Source: Octopus sinensis
Lineage: Eukaryota
Length of the DNA: 64,000 nt
Assembly (NCBI RefSeq): GCF_006345805.1
Contig: NC_043013.1
Span: 25,730,001-25,794,000, forward strand
Direction: 5' to 3'
The position numbers and the translations under genes are program-made. Positions within the stretch are counted from its first letter, which is position 1; every line of letters begins with the position of its first letter. The notes below the pieces were generated by a model. That model saw only the letters and a program-made list of their open reading frames with translations, had not been told where the DNA came from and did not search any database. This document shows, piece after piece, positions 11,918 through 25,500 of the stretch.

Positions 11918-14539
11918 CTGAAATAAACAAAAAACTGAAAACATAAGCATCAGTATTTATGAAATCTTAATGACATGGGGAAGTTTCCTAGGAATACCTG
12001 TCACATGAAGAATGTATATAGAAGTGTGGGTTAATATAAAGTAATGAGCACTAAAGAATTTCAAATTGTGTTCAAATTATGCTCAGAATGAAAAGAAAAA
12101 GCAATAGTCATCATCATCATTGTCGTTTAGCATCCACCTGCCATGCTGGCATGAGTGGGACAGTTTGACAGGAGCCAGTCAGTTAGAAACCAGCACCAGA
12201 CTTTGGTGACTGTTATGGCAGGAATTTTACAGGTGGATGCCATTCCTAACACCAACCACTGAGTGCTTTTTACATGGTACAAGTACAGGAGGGGTAAGTT
12301 TTGGCAAGGTTTTTACAGCTGGATGCCCTTCCAAATACTGACTTTACAGTGAGGACTGGGTACGTTTAAGTGGCACCTGCACAGACAAGCTCACCAAGTA
12401 ACTTTGCAAGACAAGGAATCTTTGAGAGTGGAGGGGATATTGTGCATGATGATGAAAGGGTAGTGCTAATGGTAATTCTTCTCAAAGGCAAGAGAGACAA
12501 TTCTGAAATTCAAGAAATGGATTCTCTAATGAGTGCTGCATGGCAAGGATGAAAATAAATGCTGCAAAGACTGAGACATTGGTCCTCTCAAGAAAGTGTA
12601 CTTTCCATGTTAGTGGAACATCACTGAGACAAATGGCAAAGCTAAAGTATCTTGGGGTTGTAGTCACAAATGATGGGAAGCAGAAGGCCAAGTTGAATGT
12701 GCAAGAATTGCAGGTGTTGGTATAGCATCAGCAGTCAATCCTCAGAAGAGAGGAGATTGGCAAAAAAAGCCAAACTTGCTCTTTTCAAATTGGTTTGCAT
12801 GCCTATTCTCACCTTAGGTCATCACTGTTTGATAATGACCAAAAGAGTATGTTCATGAATCCATGACCAAAACGGGATTCCTCTGAATAATCGTTGATAG
12901 GCAGTCTCTTCCAGTTGAGCTGCTGCTTAAGAGGAAGGATTTCTTAGGCAGAGAAGCACAAAGGTTTCATGGATGGTTCTTTGCATTCCTTCAGTCGTTG
13001 TTTAACTGACCAATAATCAAAAGTATTCCTTCCTGTCTTTTCAGGGATATCTAGGATGCCAATTTAATGAATAGTGATGGGAATATTTAGTGTGGTTTCT
13101 GATATTTGGGCTCCATGCAAGCATAGTTGTGGAAAGTTCATAACTTGAAATTATAGACTTACTGGCTACTTAAAAGCTATCAGGCTTTTTGAAACAGCCA
13201 GAGATCAATGGGGTAATGAAGCAGGTAATCAATAGGGTTTTGGAGCAAGTCAGTTCATATCAATGGGGAAAGACTTCAAGGTATGAATTTTGAATAGGAG
13301 ACACTCTTCATTCTGGCATGTCAGTATGGTGGATTCTTTCACTGCAAGTCCTATCCTTTGTTGTACTGTTCTTTAGGGTTCTGCCGCTTTCTCAGCAGGA
13401 CAAAATTATTTTTAAATACCCAACGTCACCTACCAACGTCATATTTTCATCCAAGTTCTTCTAAAATCACTTGTATTCGCAATTCTTTGACAGGGTCGTT
13501 TTTGTCCGACTGGTTTAAGACTTAAGACGACGGAGGAAACAGCAAGAAAACACATGGTTTCGTGAAAGAATCTGACTATCCATTAGTCTAAGAGATCCTA
13601 CTAGCGTCTTCTCTATTTTAAAATTACTATGTGCTAATATTTTATGTAAGTTATCATTATCTAACTATTAGTAAGGTGTAATATATAACGAATAACTGAA
13701 GGAACTAACAAGATATCACTTTGACTCTCGTCGAAACTATCTCCAGAGAAACGCAAAGACTGTTTGTATTTATTTGGATAAAACAAATTACACCACAAAA
13801 ACCCAAACAAACAACTGAAGTAAAACACGTGGCGATAGATAATAAACAGTTCTTGCATCCCTTTTAATATATTTCCTTTTCAAATATAAAAAAAAAACAA
13901 AAAAAAAAAAACACGCCGAGGTTCTGGCTGTCAAAAGAAAAAGAAAGAACTTGAAAGCTAAGACTGAAAATTTTACGCTGCGAAAAAATATTTTCATTTC
14001 TTTAACTAAACATTACCGGCGTTTGGGAAAAAGTCTTGAAATATTTCAGAAGTAAACTTACTGCTTAGCTTTTACCGGGATTTAAATAAGTTTTCCACTT
14101 GTTCAGAACAGTTATTTTTTTAGACGAAATTTAATCCGTATACTAGAACTTATTATTCAGTAATTTTCTTTTTAAACGTCTTTAATTCAAAAAGAAACAA
14201 TTTCCGTAATTAAGAAGACGAATTGTTGCTATTTATATCTTCATCTCGAAAATCAAATGGCTGTTTCGTATTATAATTATCAATTGTGATTATTTACTAT
14301 TATTGTAATTAAATATTAATTAGAGTGGTAAATATATTACAGAAAAATATTAAGCGAAAATTTTAAAAGGAAATAATTTCTTTTTATTATTTAAATTTTG
14401 AAATGTTTTATTTCTTTATTTATGACAGTGTATTTGTGTTGACATGACAATATATGATAGCTCTGTATTATAGTGTCATTACAGCTGATGATACGTGTTG
14501 ACCACTTCTCTGATCGGATCGTCACATCTGAACTCAACC
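11918..14539. promoter_or_regulatory. Divergent (head-to-head) PIGN/CYBA intergenic and 5'UTR region; probable shared promoter around 13.4-14.5 kb
   Basis: Start codons point away from each other at 11874 (-) and 14540 (+). Local CpG enrichment at 13400-14250 and 14480-14600. Candidate minus-strand 5'UTR donors GTAGGT (13433) and GTAAGT (14061). TSSs not determinable from sequence. Confidence 0.5.
12490..12900 (+). mobile_element. Decayed RTE-like LINE reverse-transcriptase C-terminal fragment
   Basis: MKINAAKTETLVL...LKYLGVVVTNDG resembles the GL.IN..KT and F.YLG motifs at the end of LINE RT domains; disrupted frame. Confidence 0.6.
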
Positions 14540-14597
14540 ATGGGGCAAATCGAATGGGCTATGTGGGCAAACGAGCAAGCAATCGCAAGTTCATTAA
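14540..14597 (+). CDS. CYBA: CYBA exon 1 coding part (58 nt)
   Basis: ATGGGGCAAATCGAATGGGCTATGTGGGCAAACGAGCAA = MGQIEWAMWANEQAIASSL; donor A|GTAAAT. Confidence 0.97.
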
Positions 14598-16056
14598 GTA
14601 AATATCTTTTTTTATATTCATTTATTTATTTCTCCCATCATTGTAATGTATAATCTATTCTCGTTTTCTATTTATACTAATTGGGCATTATTCAATGTTT
14701 CTGTTTCTGAGATCGCTTTTTTTTTCTAAGAACCCATTACTCTATATCCAAAGAAAAAACGGGATGGTCATTGCTGGAATGCCGGTGAAATTCTGCTTTA
14801 AGCACGCCATATAACCCCTTTTAACTTTTTTTCGAAATTAAAAAAATTTTTTGAATTTTTCGAATTTTTTAAAAATCACAGTCTGAATTTAAATCCCAGC
14901 AATAAACCATTAAATGTGTTTATGGGGACAAAGATATTGGAAAACAATACACGTCAGACTGACAAATAAACGAGGGTATGGGTGGTCGTGAGATGTGCTA
15001 AAAATGACAGCTAAGTAGTCCTTAAATCTTGCACTAAATTTTGTTTGTTTTTGCATAGTCGTATGAATTCCCGTGTATAGAACACAAATTTACAAAAATG
15101 TTTGGAAAATTCTAAAAAAATAGAATGCTATGAGGAGTTATATTGCACAATTCCGCCAGAATACCTTTGATCATCGACCTGCTCGATCGTCGATGACGCG
15201 AGCAGGTTCTCCGAGAGAAATTTAGCAAAAGTAGCTTTCGGAACACTCGGAGCGACGGGGCAGGGTATTTCTTTCAAAATTAAAAAAAGGGTAAGGAAGT
15301 ATTTTTTATTCAATTTTTTTTTTCTTTCAGGGAAGGGCTCAACGGATAGTTACGGGTCCTTCGGCATTCCTGGCCACGGACCGATGTATCGGTTTAACCC
15401 CGCTCTCGTAGGAGTCGGATATAAGATAAACAACAGTAGATAAATGCATTGTTTTGACGTAGTTGATTAGAATGAATGTATTGTATTTTACAATGGATTA
15501 ATTGTTTTTATATTTGCTCAACATTTACCGAAAGAGTGTCTACTTATAACGATTAACATCCGTGTTGTACATATAGTCTGTTGCCTGTTGATTAGCTTTA
15601 AGTTGCATATGCGATATTTTCTGCTCCTTGTCTCAATTGCCAATTTTTTTTTTCCCAGACATAAAAACAACGGATGTGGGTGCGGGCTATTAGACTAAAT
15701 CTACTTTGCACTAATTTCTCATTTAATTTGTTGGCAGTTTTATCGCGGATGCAAATAATATTAGCAAACACAATGTTACCCACTCTGTCCCACTCGCACG
15801 TATCATTTTACCTGCGTTTTACATCCAGGCAAGGATTGGACGGACCGACACAGCCCGTATCAGTTCTTATTGGGTGTCACTGCTCTCATAGACTGGGAAG
15901 GTTTTAGTTGAATAAACCGACCCCAGGACTTATTCTTTGTAAGCCTAGTACTTATTCTATCGGTCACTTTTGCCGAACTGCTAAGTTACAAGGAAGTAAA
16001 CACACCAACACCAGTTGTCAGGTGGTAGTTGGGGACAAACACAGACACAAAGACAT

Positions 16057-16089
<33 letters not shown>

Positions 16090-19000
16090 CAATAGGCTTC
16101 TTTCAGTTTTCATCTACCAAATCCATTCACAAGGATTTGGTTGGCATGAGGCTATAGTAGAAGATGCCATGCAGTTAGACTGAACCTGGAACCATGTGGT
16201 TGAGTAGCAAGCTTCTTACCACACAACCATGGCTATAATATATATGATATGTGTGTGTGCCTTGTGTCAGTTCATACAATGTTGCAGCCAATCATTGTTA
16301 TTAACCACAACCATCTGTGCTGCCACATGTGGCCTTATCTGTTATACTTGGCTTGTCCATTTTTACGTTCTGAGTTCAAATTCCGCTGTGGCTAACTTTG
16401 CCTTTCATCCTTTCGGGGTCAATAAATTAAGTGCCAGTGAAACAATGGGGTCATCTAATCAACTAGTCTCCTCCCCGCAAATTTTAGGTCCTGTGCCTTT
16501 AGTAGAAAAGATTATTATTTGGTCGATCCCAGCACCCCTGCCTCGAGTGACTCCTGTGCTGGTGTCACGTAAAAAGCACCATCTGAGTATGGCTGATGCC
16601 AGTGCCACCTGACTGGCTCCTGTGCTGGTGGCATGTAAGAAGCACCCACTACACTTTCGGAGTAGTTGGCATTAGGAGGGGCATCCAGCTGTATAAACAT
16701 TGGCAGATCAGATTGGAGCCTGGTGTGATCTCCTGGCTTGCCAGTCCCCAGTCAAACTGTTCAATCCATACAAGGATGGAAAACGGACCTTAAACGATGA
16801 TGATGATATTGTTGTTGTCATTATTGTTGAAAGCTGCAAACTGGTAGAATCAAATGTTAGGCAACATTTTGTCTGTTATTACATTCTGAGTTCAAATTCT
16901 GCTGAGGTCAAGCAACTTTATCTTTCATCCTTTCAGAGTCATCATTGTTTAATGTCTGCTTTCCACGCTGGCATGGGTTGGATGGTTTGACTGAGGAGTA
17001 ACAAGCCGGGAGGTTGCACCAGGCTCCAATCTGATCTGGCAATGTTTCTACAGCTGGATGCCCTTCCTAAAGCCAACCACTCCGAGAGTGTAGTGGGTGC
17101 TTTTTATGTGCCACTGGCACAAGAGGCAGTCAGGCAGGCCTGGCATCGATCACGTTTGGATAGTGCTTTTTATGTGCCACCAGCACGGGAACCAGTCAGG
17201 GGGCACTGGCAGTAAAATAAAATACCAGTTAGGTACTAGGGGTGATGTTATTGACCATCCCCTACTCTACAATTGTACCAAAATTTGAAACAATTATTAT
17301 TATTATTATTATGAAAACACAATATCATAGTCTTATTGTATTAATAAAATATAATGATTCTATTGTTTTTAATTAATTATACTAAAGACCCATTGTATTA
17401 ACTAATATGTGAGTGCCTGTTTTTTCTCACACATGAAATATTAGATAACATGTATATATACACACACAGCTCTCACTGTGTTCTATATATACATGTTGAT
17501 GCTTGTTTCTATGTTGTTATAATAAACACAATTAAATATTAAAATGAAGAAATACTCAATTTTTTTTTAGTACATATCATAATTTTGCAAGAAGGGCATC
17601 AGTGACTTCAAAGCTTCGGCCGGCATAGCTATGTCGTAAGAAGCTTGCTTCCTAACCACATGGCTCTGGCTTCAGTCCCCTTGCATGACAGTGAGAACAC
17701 TTGGGCAAACATCTGTGTCTCCTACTATAGTCTCAGACTGACCAAAGCCTTGTGAGTGGATTTGGTAAATGGAAACTGAAACTTGACTGAGCCTGAATCA
17801 TTTGAGGCACAAACCTGAGTACCAACTGGTAGAGTTCCGCCATCAACTGGAACCAAAGACTTCAAAGTCACCAGAAGAGGAAAGGAATTAGCATTTTGCT
17901 ACTAATATAACCCTTTCTACTATAGGCATGAGAACTAAAATTTTGAGGGAGGGGGATAGTCAATTACAGGGACCCAAGTATTCAACTGGTACTCGTCTTA
18001 TTGACCCCGAAAGAATGAAAAGCAAAGTCGGTCTTGGTGAAATTTAAACTAAGAATATGAAGATGGATGAAATGCCACTAAGCATTCTGTTTGGCATGCT
18101 AACAATCCTGACAACCCGTCACCTTATTTTGCTACTAATATAATAAAGTATTGTGCCTTACCATTATTCCAAATGACTAGAAAGAAAGCCATCAAGTGGA
18201 AGTGAAAGCAGTAGCGACAAAGGGAGTTATAAAAGGATTCTGTTATACAGTAATCTTGATGCTTTAAAAAAAGTTTGATTTAGGAGAGAAATTCAGTGAT
18301 ATTTGGAAAATGTTTGCCATGTCTAGTTAGAATTAAGGCAGTGAGATAGGAGAGTAATGTTTAATGGCATTCCGTCTGTCTTCACATTCTGAGGTCAGAT
18401 TTGACTTTCATCCTTTCAGGGTTGAAAAAACCAGTACCAGTTATGCACTGGGGTTGATGTAATTGACATACCCCTTCCCTCAAAAATTGCTAGCCATTTG
18501 CTAAAATTTGAAATCAATTTCTATAGATAGAATAAAATTAGGATAGGCACAGCTGTGACTGTTCTCTTAAATGTTTGAAAATCACTTTTCATACATTTCA
18601 TACGATTTTTAACATTTTTTGTGACTGTGAAGGACAACAATGAAACTAGATGCAATGGGTTGCAATGCTCATTCATATGAAAACTGAAGACTGGTATGAT
18701 GATTTGCAGAAAGTGCAACTCATGTTGTGAAGCTTTTTCTGACTAAAGAGGACTTTTTCTTGTCAATGTTAAAATAACTAGTAAAGCCTTCAATACTGGT
18801 TTTCTTTATCAGAGAAAGCGATCACACTCTGCGGTAACATAACAAAACAGATGTTCAAGGTCGATGTAAATAGCTTTTCTGGGAGTCCTTGCCTGTCAGG
18901 ACTTCATTTTGAAAAGTTCCAAAAATTGTGCTACACTCTCAGTTGGATGAAATTAAGGTCCCTCACTTCAAAAATGTAAGAGTCTTTAAGGGATGCATTA

Positions 19001-19524
19001 AGTTTAACTCTTTAACATTTAAACTGACCATATCCTGCCAAAATATTCTACCTAATTTATGTTGAAACTGGCTATACACAGCCTCTCACACATGCCCTAC
19101 AATGTCATTCTAAAAATAAGCAATCAGCCATGCAGTGGGACTGAACCCGGAACCATATGGTTGAGAAACAAGCTTCTTACCACACAGCCACACCTGCGCC
19201 TTATTGTTGTTTATTTTTAAGTTTAAAAAACGTAAGATAAACTGCTATGAATAGTGTTTCTTGTCACGGAATAAGTCAATCCTATTGCCTTCATAGAAGA
19301 GTCATGAACTTTATTGTTTGTAAACTGGGTTGGACTGTGTCTCTTCTCATTTAAGACTCAAGTACTTGAAGTTAAAAGGTTCAGATAACGATCAAATTTT
19401 CTTTCAACAATTGCTAGATGTGTCTTACTTTTGATTTATTGTAGAAACTCCCTGTTCCACATCATTTGTCATCAGTGAATGAGTTCATGTATCATGTAAC
19501 CACTTGTAGTGTCCTACACACACG

Positions 19525-19566
<42 letters not shown>

Positions 19567-22500
19567 TATATTTGGAGATGGTAATTTTTTTGCCAATAAA
19601 CACATGAACTATATATTTGATCTTCACTTAAACTTTATTCTTCTTCTTATTGTTGTTGTTATTATTTATTATTGTTATTATCATTATCATTACTATCATT
19701 GCCTTTGCACAGCTTCTAATGCTGGAGATGTGTTACAGTGTCAGCTGTTCACTACCAGTGAACTAAGGTAACACTTCTTATTTTTCGAGCACCTTCTGGA
19801 GTATTCGAGCTGTTCCAAACAGTGTTGTTTTCTGCAAGTGCTCTATCCTTATTGCAGCCCCTATTTATTCCACATACTTCTCAAGATTTTTGCTCACTGT
19901 TCCCAGGGCCCTGACAACTATTGGTACTACTACCACCTTTTTCATCGACCACAACTGCTTAACTTCCAAGCTAATCTGTCATATCTCTCAACTTTTCTTT
20001 CTTCCTTATCGCATACCTTGTTGTAAGCTGGGCATGCTATATCTATGATCCAGCATAGTTTGCTTTCTTTCTCAATTAAGACTATGTCTGGCTCATCATC
20101 ATCATCATTATTATCATTATTGTTGTTATTGTTATTATTAGATTTTTGTTAGGCTTCTTTTGTTACATGCTGAAAAAGGAATAGACGGGACAAGAGGAGA
20201 CACAGAATGTGTGACAAAACTCTGACAAATAACTAATAATAATAATAGTTTCTTTATTGGCCACAAGGGCCGAACACAAAACACATAGGGACAAATATGG
20301 TTTAGTACAAAGTCTTGTAAAAATAACAATTAACAATAAAATTAAACTATAAAATCCTCAAAAGTGTTGAGTTCATCCCAAGGACAACCACACATCCTGG
20401 TTATCCCAACCACTAAGTGAACCTCAGCAGATGCCTCTCTCCTTCACAACTCCTCCGGTTTACAAACGAATGTTCAGTCTAGGCCCATTTACACAGGTCA
20501 TCTTCATCACATTCACCCACCTTTCAACAAAAATACTGGGAGCAGAACTTCTATCTCCACCCTTACTTTCCTTTTTAATTGGAACTTGTAAAAGTCAATG
20601 AGGGTTTGACTGGAGAGGAAAATATTTGTCTTCACTCCTTTCAGTCTTGTCCACCACACTAACTCCTTCGCCACCAGACAGGAAAACTGTCTTTCCTTCC
20701 TGGCCAAAGCAAGGTGACAGGACAATCTTCACAATAGACTCAGCTGATAACCAGATCCGTCCTACATACGTCAACAGCTATTCGACAAAGCTCCATGAGT
20801 CAGTAATGCTCAAACACTGGATGAGTATATGTAGGACAGTTTTGTTGCCCTACAAACATCTTGGACAGATGTGTCTGAAGAGCTTGTCTTGAACCAGCAG
20901 AGCTCGCTGGTAGCATTGTCAGGCCAGAAATTTCTGGAAGATTTCCATTGTCCCTGTCCCAAAAGTCTTCTGGAAAAGACTAGCTAATTGATCCCTCCCA
21001 GGGATGTTGTCACTCTTACCTACCACTAATTTCCTATAGAAATCTATAGTGGAACTTCCACCGACTTGACAGAATGCTGTGAGTGCTTGCCAACACTCCA
21101 GGAGCCTAGCACCCATTCTTGGTCTATGCTTAATCCAGAACTATAGCTCTGTCAATGAGATGAGCTGCAGAAAATCCTGTCTCACAAATGGCGACCATGC
21201 TTGCTCACTGGACATGTCTCAGCCTCAGCACATTGTTAGCCAATAAACACATACCCACACACACACATATATATATATATATGATGGGATTTTTTCAGTT
21301 TCTTATTTCTTCACTGCCCACAAGGGGCTAAACATAGAGGGGACAGACAAGGACAGACAAAGGGATTAAGTTGATTACATCGACCCCAGTGCATAACTAG
21401 TACTTAATTTATTGACCCTGAAAGGATGAAAGGCAAAGTCAACCTCTGCGGAATTTGAACTCAGAACATAACGGTAGATGAAATACTGCTAAGCATTTCG
21501 CCCGGCATGCTAACGATTCTGCCAGCTCACTGCTTTCATATTTTTTCAGTTTCTGTCTACCAGATTCATTCACAAGGCTTTGGTTGGCTTGGAGCTACAG
21601 TAGCAGATACTTGCCCAAGGTGATACACAGTGGGACTGAACCCGGAACCATGTGGTTGGGAAGCAAACTTCTTATAAGCTACTGCTTATTCCATTGGTCT
21701 TTTGTGCTGAACTGTTAAGTTATGGGGATGTAAATGGACCAACACCTATTGTCAAATGATGGTGGGGCAGACACATACACACAAATGTGCACACACACAC
21801 CCTGGGCTTCCACCCAGTTACCTTTTACCAAATTCGCTCACAAGATTTTGCTCATCTAGAGGCAATGTCAGAAGACACTCGTCCAGGGTGCCTTGCAACA
21901 GGACTGAACCCAAGGTTTCATGGTTGGGAAACCAGCTTCTAAACCATGCAGTCACACCAGCACCTTTGTTTTTTTTGTTTTTGGTTATTTCTAATATTGT
22001 ATTTTCTGTTTTATTTCTAGTTACAATTCTTGGTGGAATCATAGGCATTGTTGGATTTTTCAAGAGATGGCAGTTTGGGATTTATGGCGTGTATCCTTTT
22101 AATGTGAATGAAGTCAAAAAGATCTGTTATTTTTTAAGGAATTATTTCATTTATATATCCATTATCAGGAGATTCCCTTCTCTTTTTTTATTCCAAAAGC
22201 AATGAGCAAATGTGTTTATATTCTTATATTTCTATATTGCAGAGAATCTTTTTAATACTGTTCCATATTTTAGAGATGAGGAATTATGTACATTAGACAG
22301 ATAGGTATCCTCACTTTGTTTGTTGTTGCCACACTGTTTCGACTGATGTACTCTCCAGCCATTACACCCTTGGAATGGTTGGTGCTAGGAAGGGCATTCA
22401 GCTGTAGAAAGGGTTGGGTTCGAAATTCCATCAGGATATCTGATTAAGGCTAGAGAGTACATCAGCCGAAATGTTGTAGTGACAACAAACAAGGTGGGGA

Positions 22501-25500
22501 CACATCCGTCCATTGTAAATATGGCTTTTTAATATTCAAATTTATTTCAGTCTTTCTGGTTCAAGCTATTTTATGCATAAAATGTTTATTCAGTACTGTC
22601 CTACTGGCACCCGTGCTGGTGGCATGTAAAAAGCACCATTTGAGTGTGGCCGATGTCAATGCTGTTTGACTGACACATAAAAAGCACCCACTACCCTCTC
22701 AGATTGGTTGGAATTAAGAAGGGCATCCAGCTGTAAAAACCTTGCCAAATCAGATTGAAGCCTAGTGCAGTTTCCTGGCTTACCAGTTCTCAGTCAAACT
22801 GTCCAACCCATGCCAGCATGGAAAGCAGACGTTAAATGATGATGTATGTGTGTGCTTACAAAGTTTGATCAAAGAGTATGAAAGCTGTTGCTATGGTAAT
22901 GGAGCTAAAGTATACAGGGTGAAGCTGCTTGGCACAGATCGACTTTGAACTCTGTCACACATGCACACTAAGTTCTCTTCTGCCATTTATAGCAGTGCTT
23001 GAACGTAAAGTGCATAGAGTGTGGTTGACTCAAAAAGAAGATCAGGTTTCAGCTGTGCAGGGTCTCTTTCATTGTGTTGAGGAAGATGAAGACTTTTTGA
23101 AAACGGTCATAACAGGTGATGAATTGTGGGTCTGTGGCTATGACCCCAAAACCAAGGCTCAGTCTTCACAGTGGAAGACCCCTGCAAGATATCAACATGT
23201 CAAGGAAATCCAAGAGAATACAATGAAACAGTTGCTTGCTGTCTCCAAAAAGGAGTTTCAGGGATGCTTCCACCTATGGAAACAATACTGGGTAAAAATG
23301 TGTGGCTTCGGAAGGGGACTACTTTGAAGGAGGTTAAATGCCAAACTGATATGTGTTGTAGCTGTCTTTCCATAGCACCAGTCCTGATACTATTTGATCA
23401 GACCTCGTATGTGTGTCTCTACTATTTTTTAATTATTATAAATCTTCCACTGAGGAGGGAACCAGTTTCTGCCAAGGATACAAAGCTCCATCTTTGAGAT
23501 GTAGTTAACACAGACAAATCCACATTTGGAACTCGAGAAAAGTCTTGTATATTTTTACTGTTCTACTCACAGATTGCACTTGTGATGTATGAATCAACCA
23601 GTCAATTTCTCTTTCTGAAAATCTCAGGTTATCCAGATTCTCCTTTAAGCATTTACTAACAAAACCTAGTTCTCCAATTATTATTGGTATGAATATAAAT
23701 TCATAGTCTGGATATAGAAGCTGGAGGTTTCGAAGCAGTTGTCAATAGATATCCTCTTTTTCTTTGATTGTCAAAGAGATATTTATATCTGCAAGGCAGT
23801 TGACCTCTATGATGGTACATACCTTTGCCCCTCTGTCCCAAACAACAATATCCAACCTGTTATGTTTACATTTGACAGAAGTTTTGATGGGAATAATATT
23901 CCACCAGTATTCCTTGAGTTGGTATTTATGAATGGTATTGTAAATTGAGCTGCATAGGGAGGTAGTACCGTGATGACATTTTAGGACAGCGTGATGTCTT
24001 CCACAAAAACATGACATAGCCTAAACATGCAGTTGCACCTTGGGATTACAAGAACATCACTGTCTCTCTTGTTCACCAGGTATTTTGTGGCAACAATAAA
24101 CTACATCAATAAAATACAGGGAGAAAAACGAGTTTGCACCTCACCAACTCTACCTTTGACAAAAATTAATGAAACTTTATGGCAACTCTTCACACCAAGC
24201 TCTTGAGGGAAAGCTAATCACTTTAAAACATGAACTCAGGACAATGATACTATGTATGTATGTAGATTCGGTTTTGTTTTACGTTTGTATTCTCATGCAT
24301 ATAGTTACGTATCTAGACATGCTCATATATATTTAGATGATAAACTTCTAGAAAGTTTTATAGATTTTTACAGTTCCAGTAATGTATTCAATCTATAGTC
24401 TTCGAATTAGCTTTTACCTTTCTGGTCTTGAGAAGCCTAATTTCTCAAGATTAGTATTTAGGCAGTGTGTTACATATCCCAGAGCCCCAATAATTACAGG
24501 TATAAACCTGAATTTGTAATCTGGTTAGAGTAACTGCAGATTTCTCAATAGTTCAGCATAGGTGTTTTCACTGATCTTCAGGTTTATGCTAATTTCTGCA
24601 ACTGTACACAATTTTTCTTCTCTATCCCAAATCATTATGTGAGGTTTGTTGTGCTTACATTTACTAATGTGTGTGTGTCTGTATATAGGTGTAGATATGT
24701 CCCAGGTATGACTTTAAATTGCATCTGGTTCTGGGATTTCAGAGTTATGCAGTGTGTGGAATAATTTCTTTGCCACTGTTGTTCCCAGGTCTGCTCTGAC
24801 CTGGAGAAGTAACACCTGTTAAGGTCCCAGCTATTAGTTAAATTTCAATGAGTATCAGGATGTACAAATACCCTGGTTGGTGTCCAAACGCACAGTAAAC
24901 TCATTGGGTGTGAGTTAAACTTGATCTTTGTTAAGGCATCCTTCGAGGAAAAAGCTAACTTGTATATAAAACCTGCTACTCTGCTGAGCTGGAAGATCTT
25001 GCATTTTGCTTATCTCTGTCTTCCTTGGTATTGCTAGTGGCAGGAAAAACCTTTGCACAGACATTGTTGATACTACCTGTCAGTGATGATCATGCTTGTC
25101 TAACTAGTTGACAACCATCATGTGTAGATATGTGTGTATGTCTTTCGCTTATGTATATTGGCAAAGAATGTAAATATCCACAAGAAGAAATGCTGCACCA
25201 ACTTACAGACATTTCTTTGTTACTTTGTTCTTAGGAAATACAGTGAATTTATTGTTGGCTTGTCAAGATTCTTTAACCAATAATGCTGTAGTTTCTCAAC
25301 AGTGATGTTAACAAAACAAAATGATTAAATAATAAAACCCACCCTGCATCTGATTTGAACATCTGAACTGTGAGGAGGTATTCTAATACTTTATCCACTG
25401 CTCCATCTTGTCTCTACAACTGAAGTAAAAGTGGGAATACAATTTTTCAGTTGTTTTCGTTGTTGCTATTTAACACCTGGTTCAGCTCCAACCTTGACTC

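Noticed and set aside
15331-15420. Possible extra CYBA exon after a strong polypyrimidine-AG, with a faint rRNA-like GCTCAACGGATA
   Set aside because: No good donor, p22phox is complete without it, and the rRNA similarity is only about 12 nt.
21756-22205. 149-aa ORF as a standalone membrane protein
   Set aside because: SINE sequence plus CYBA exon 2 plus intron read-through.
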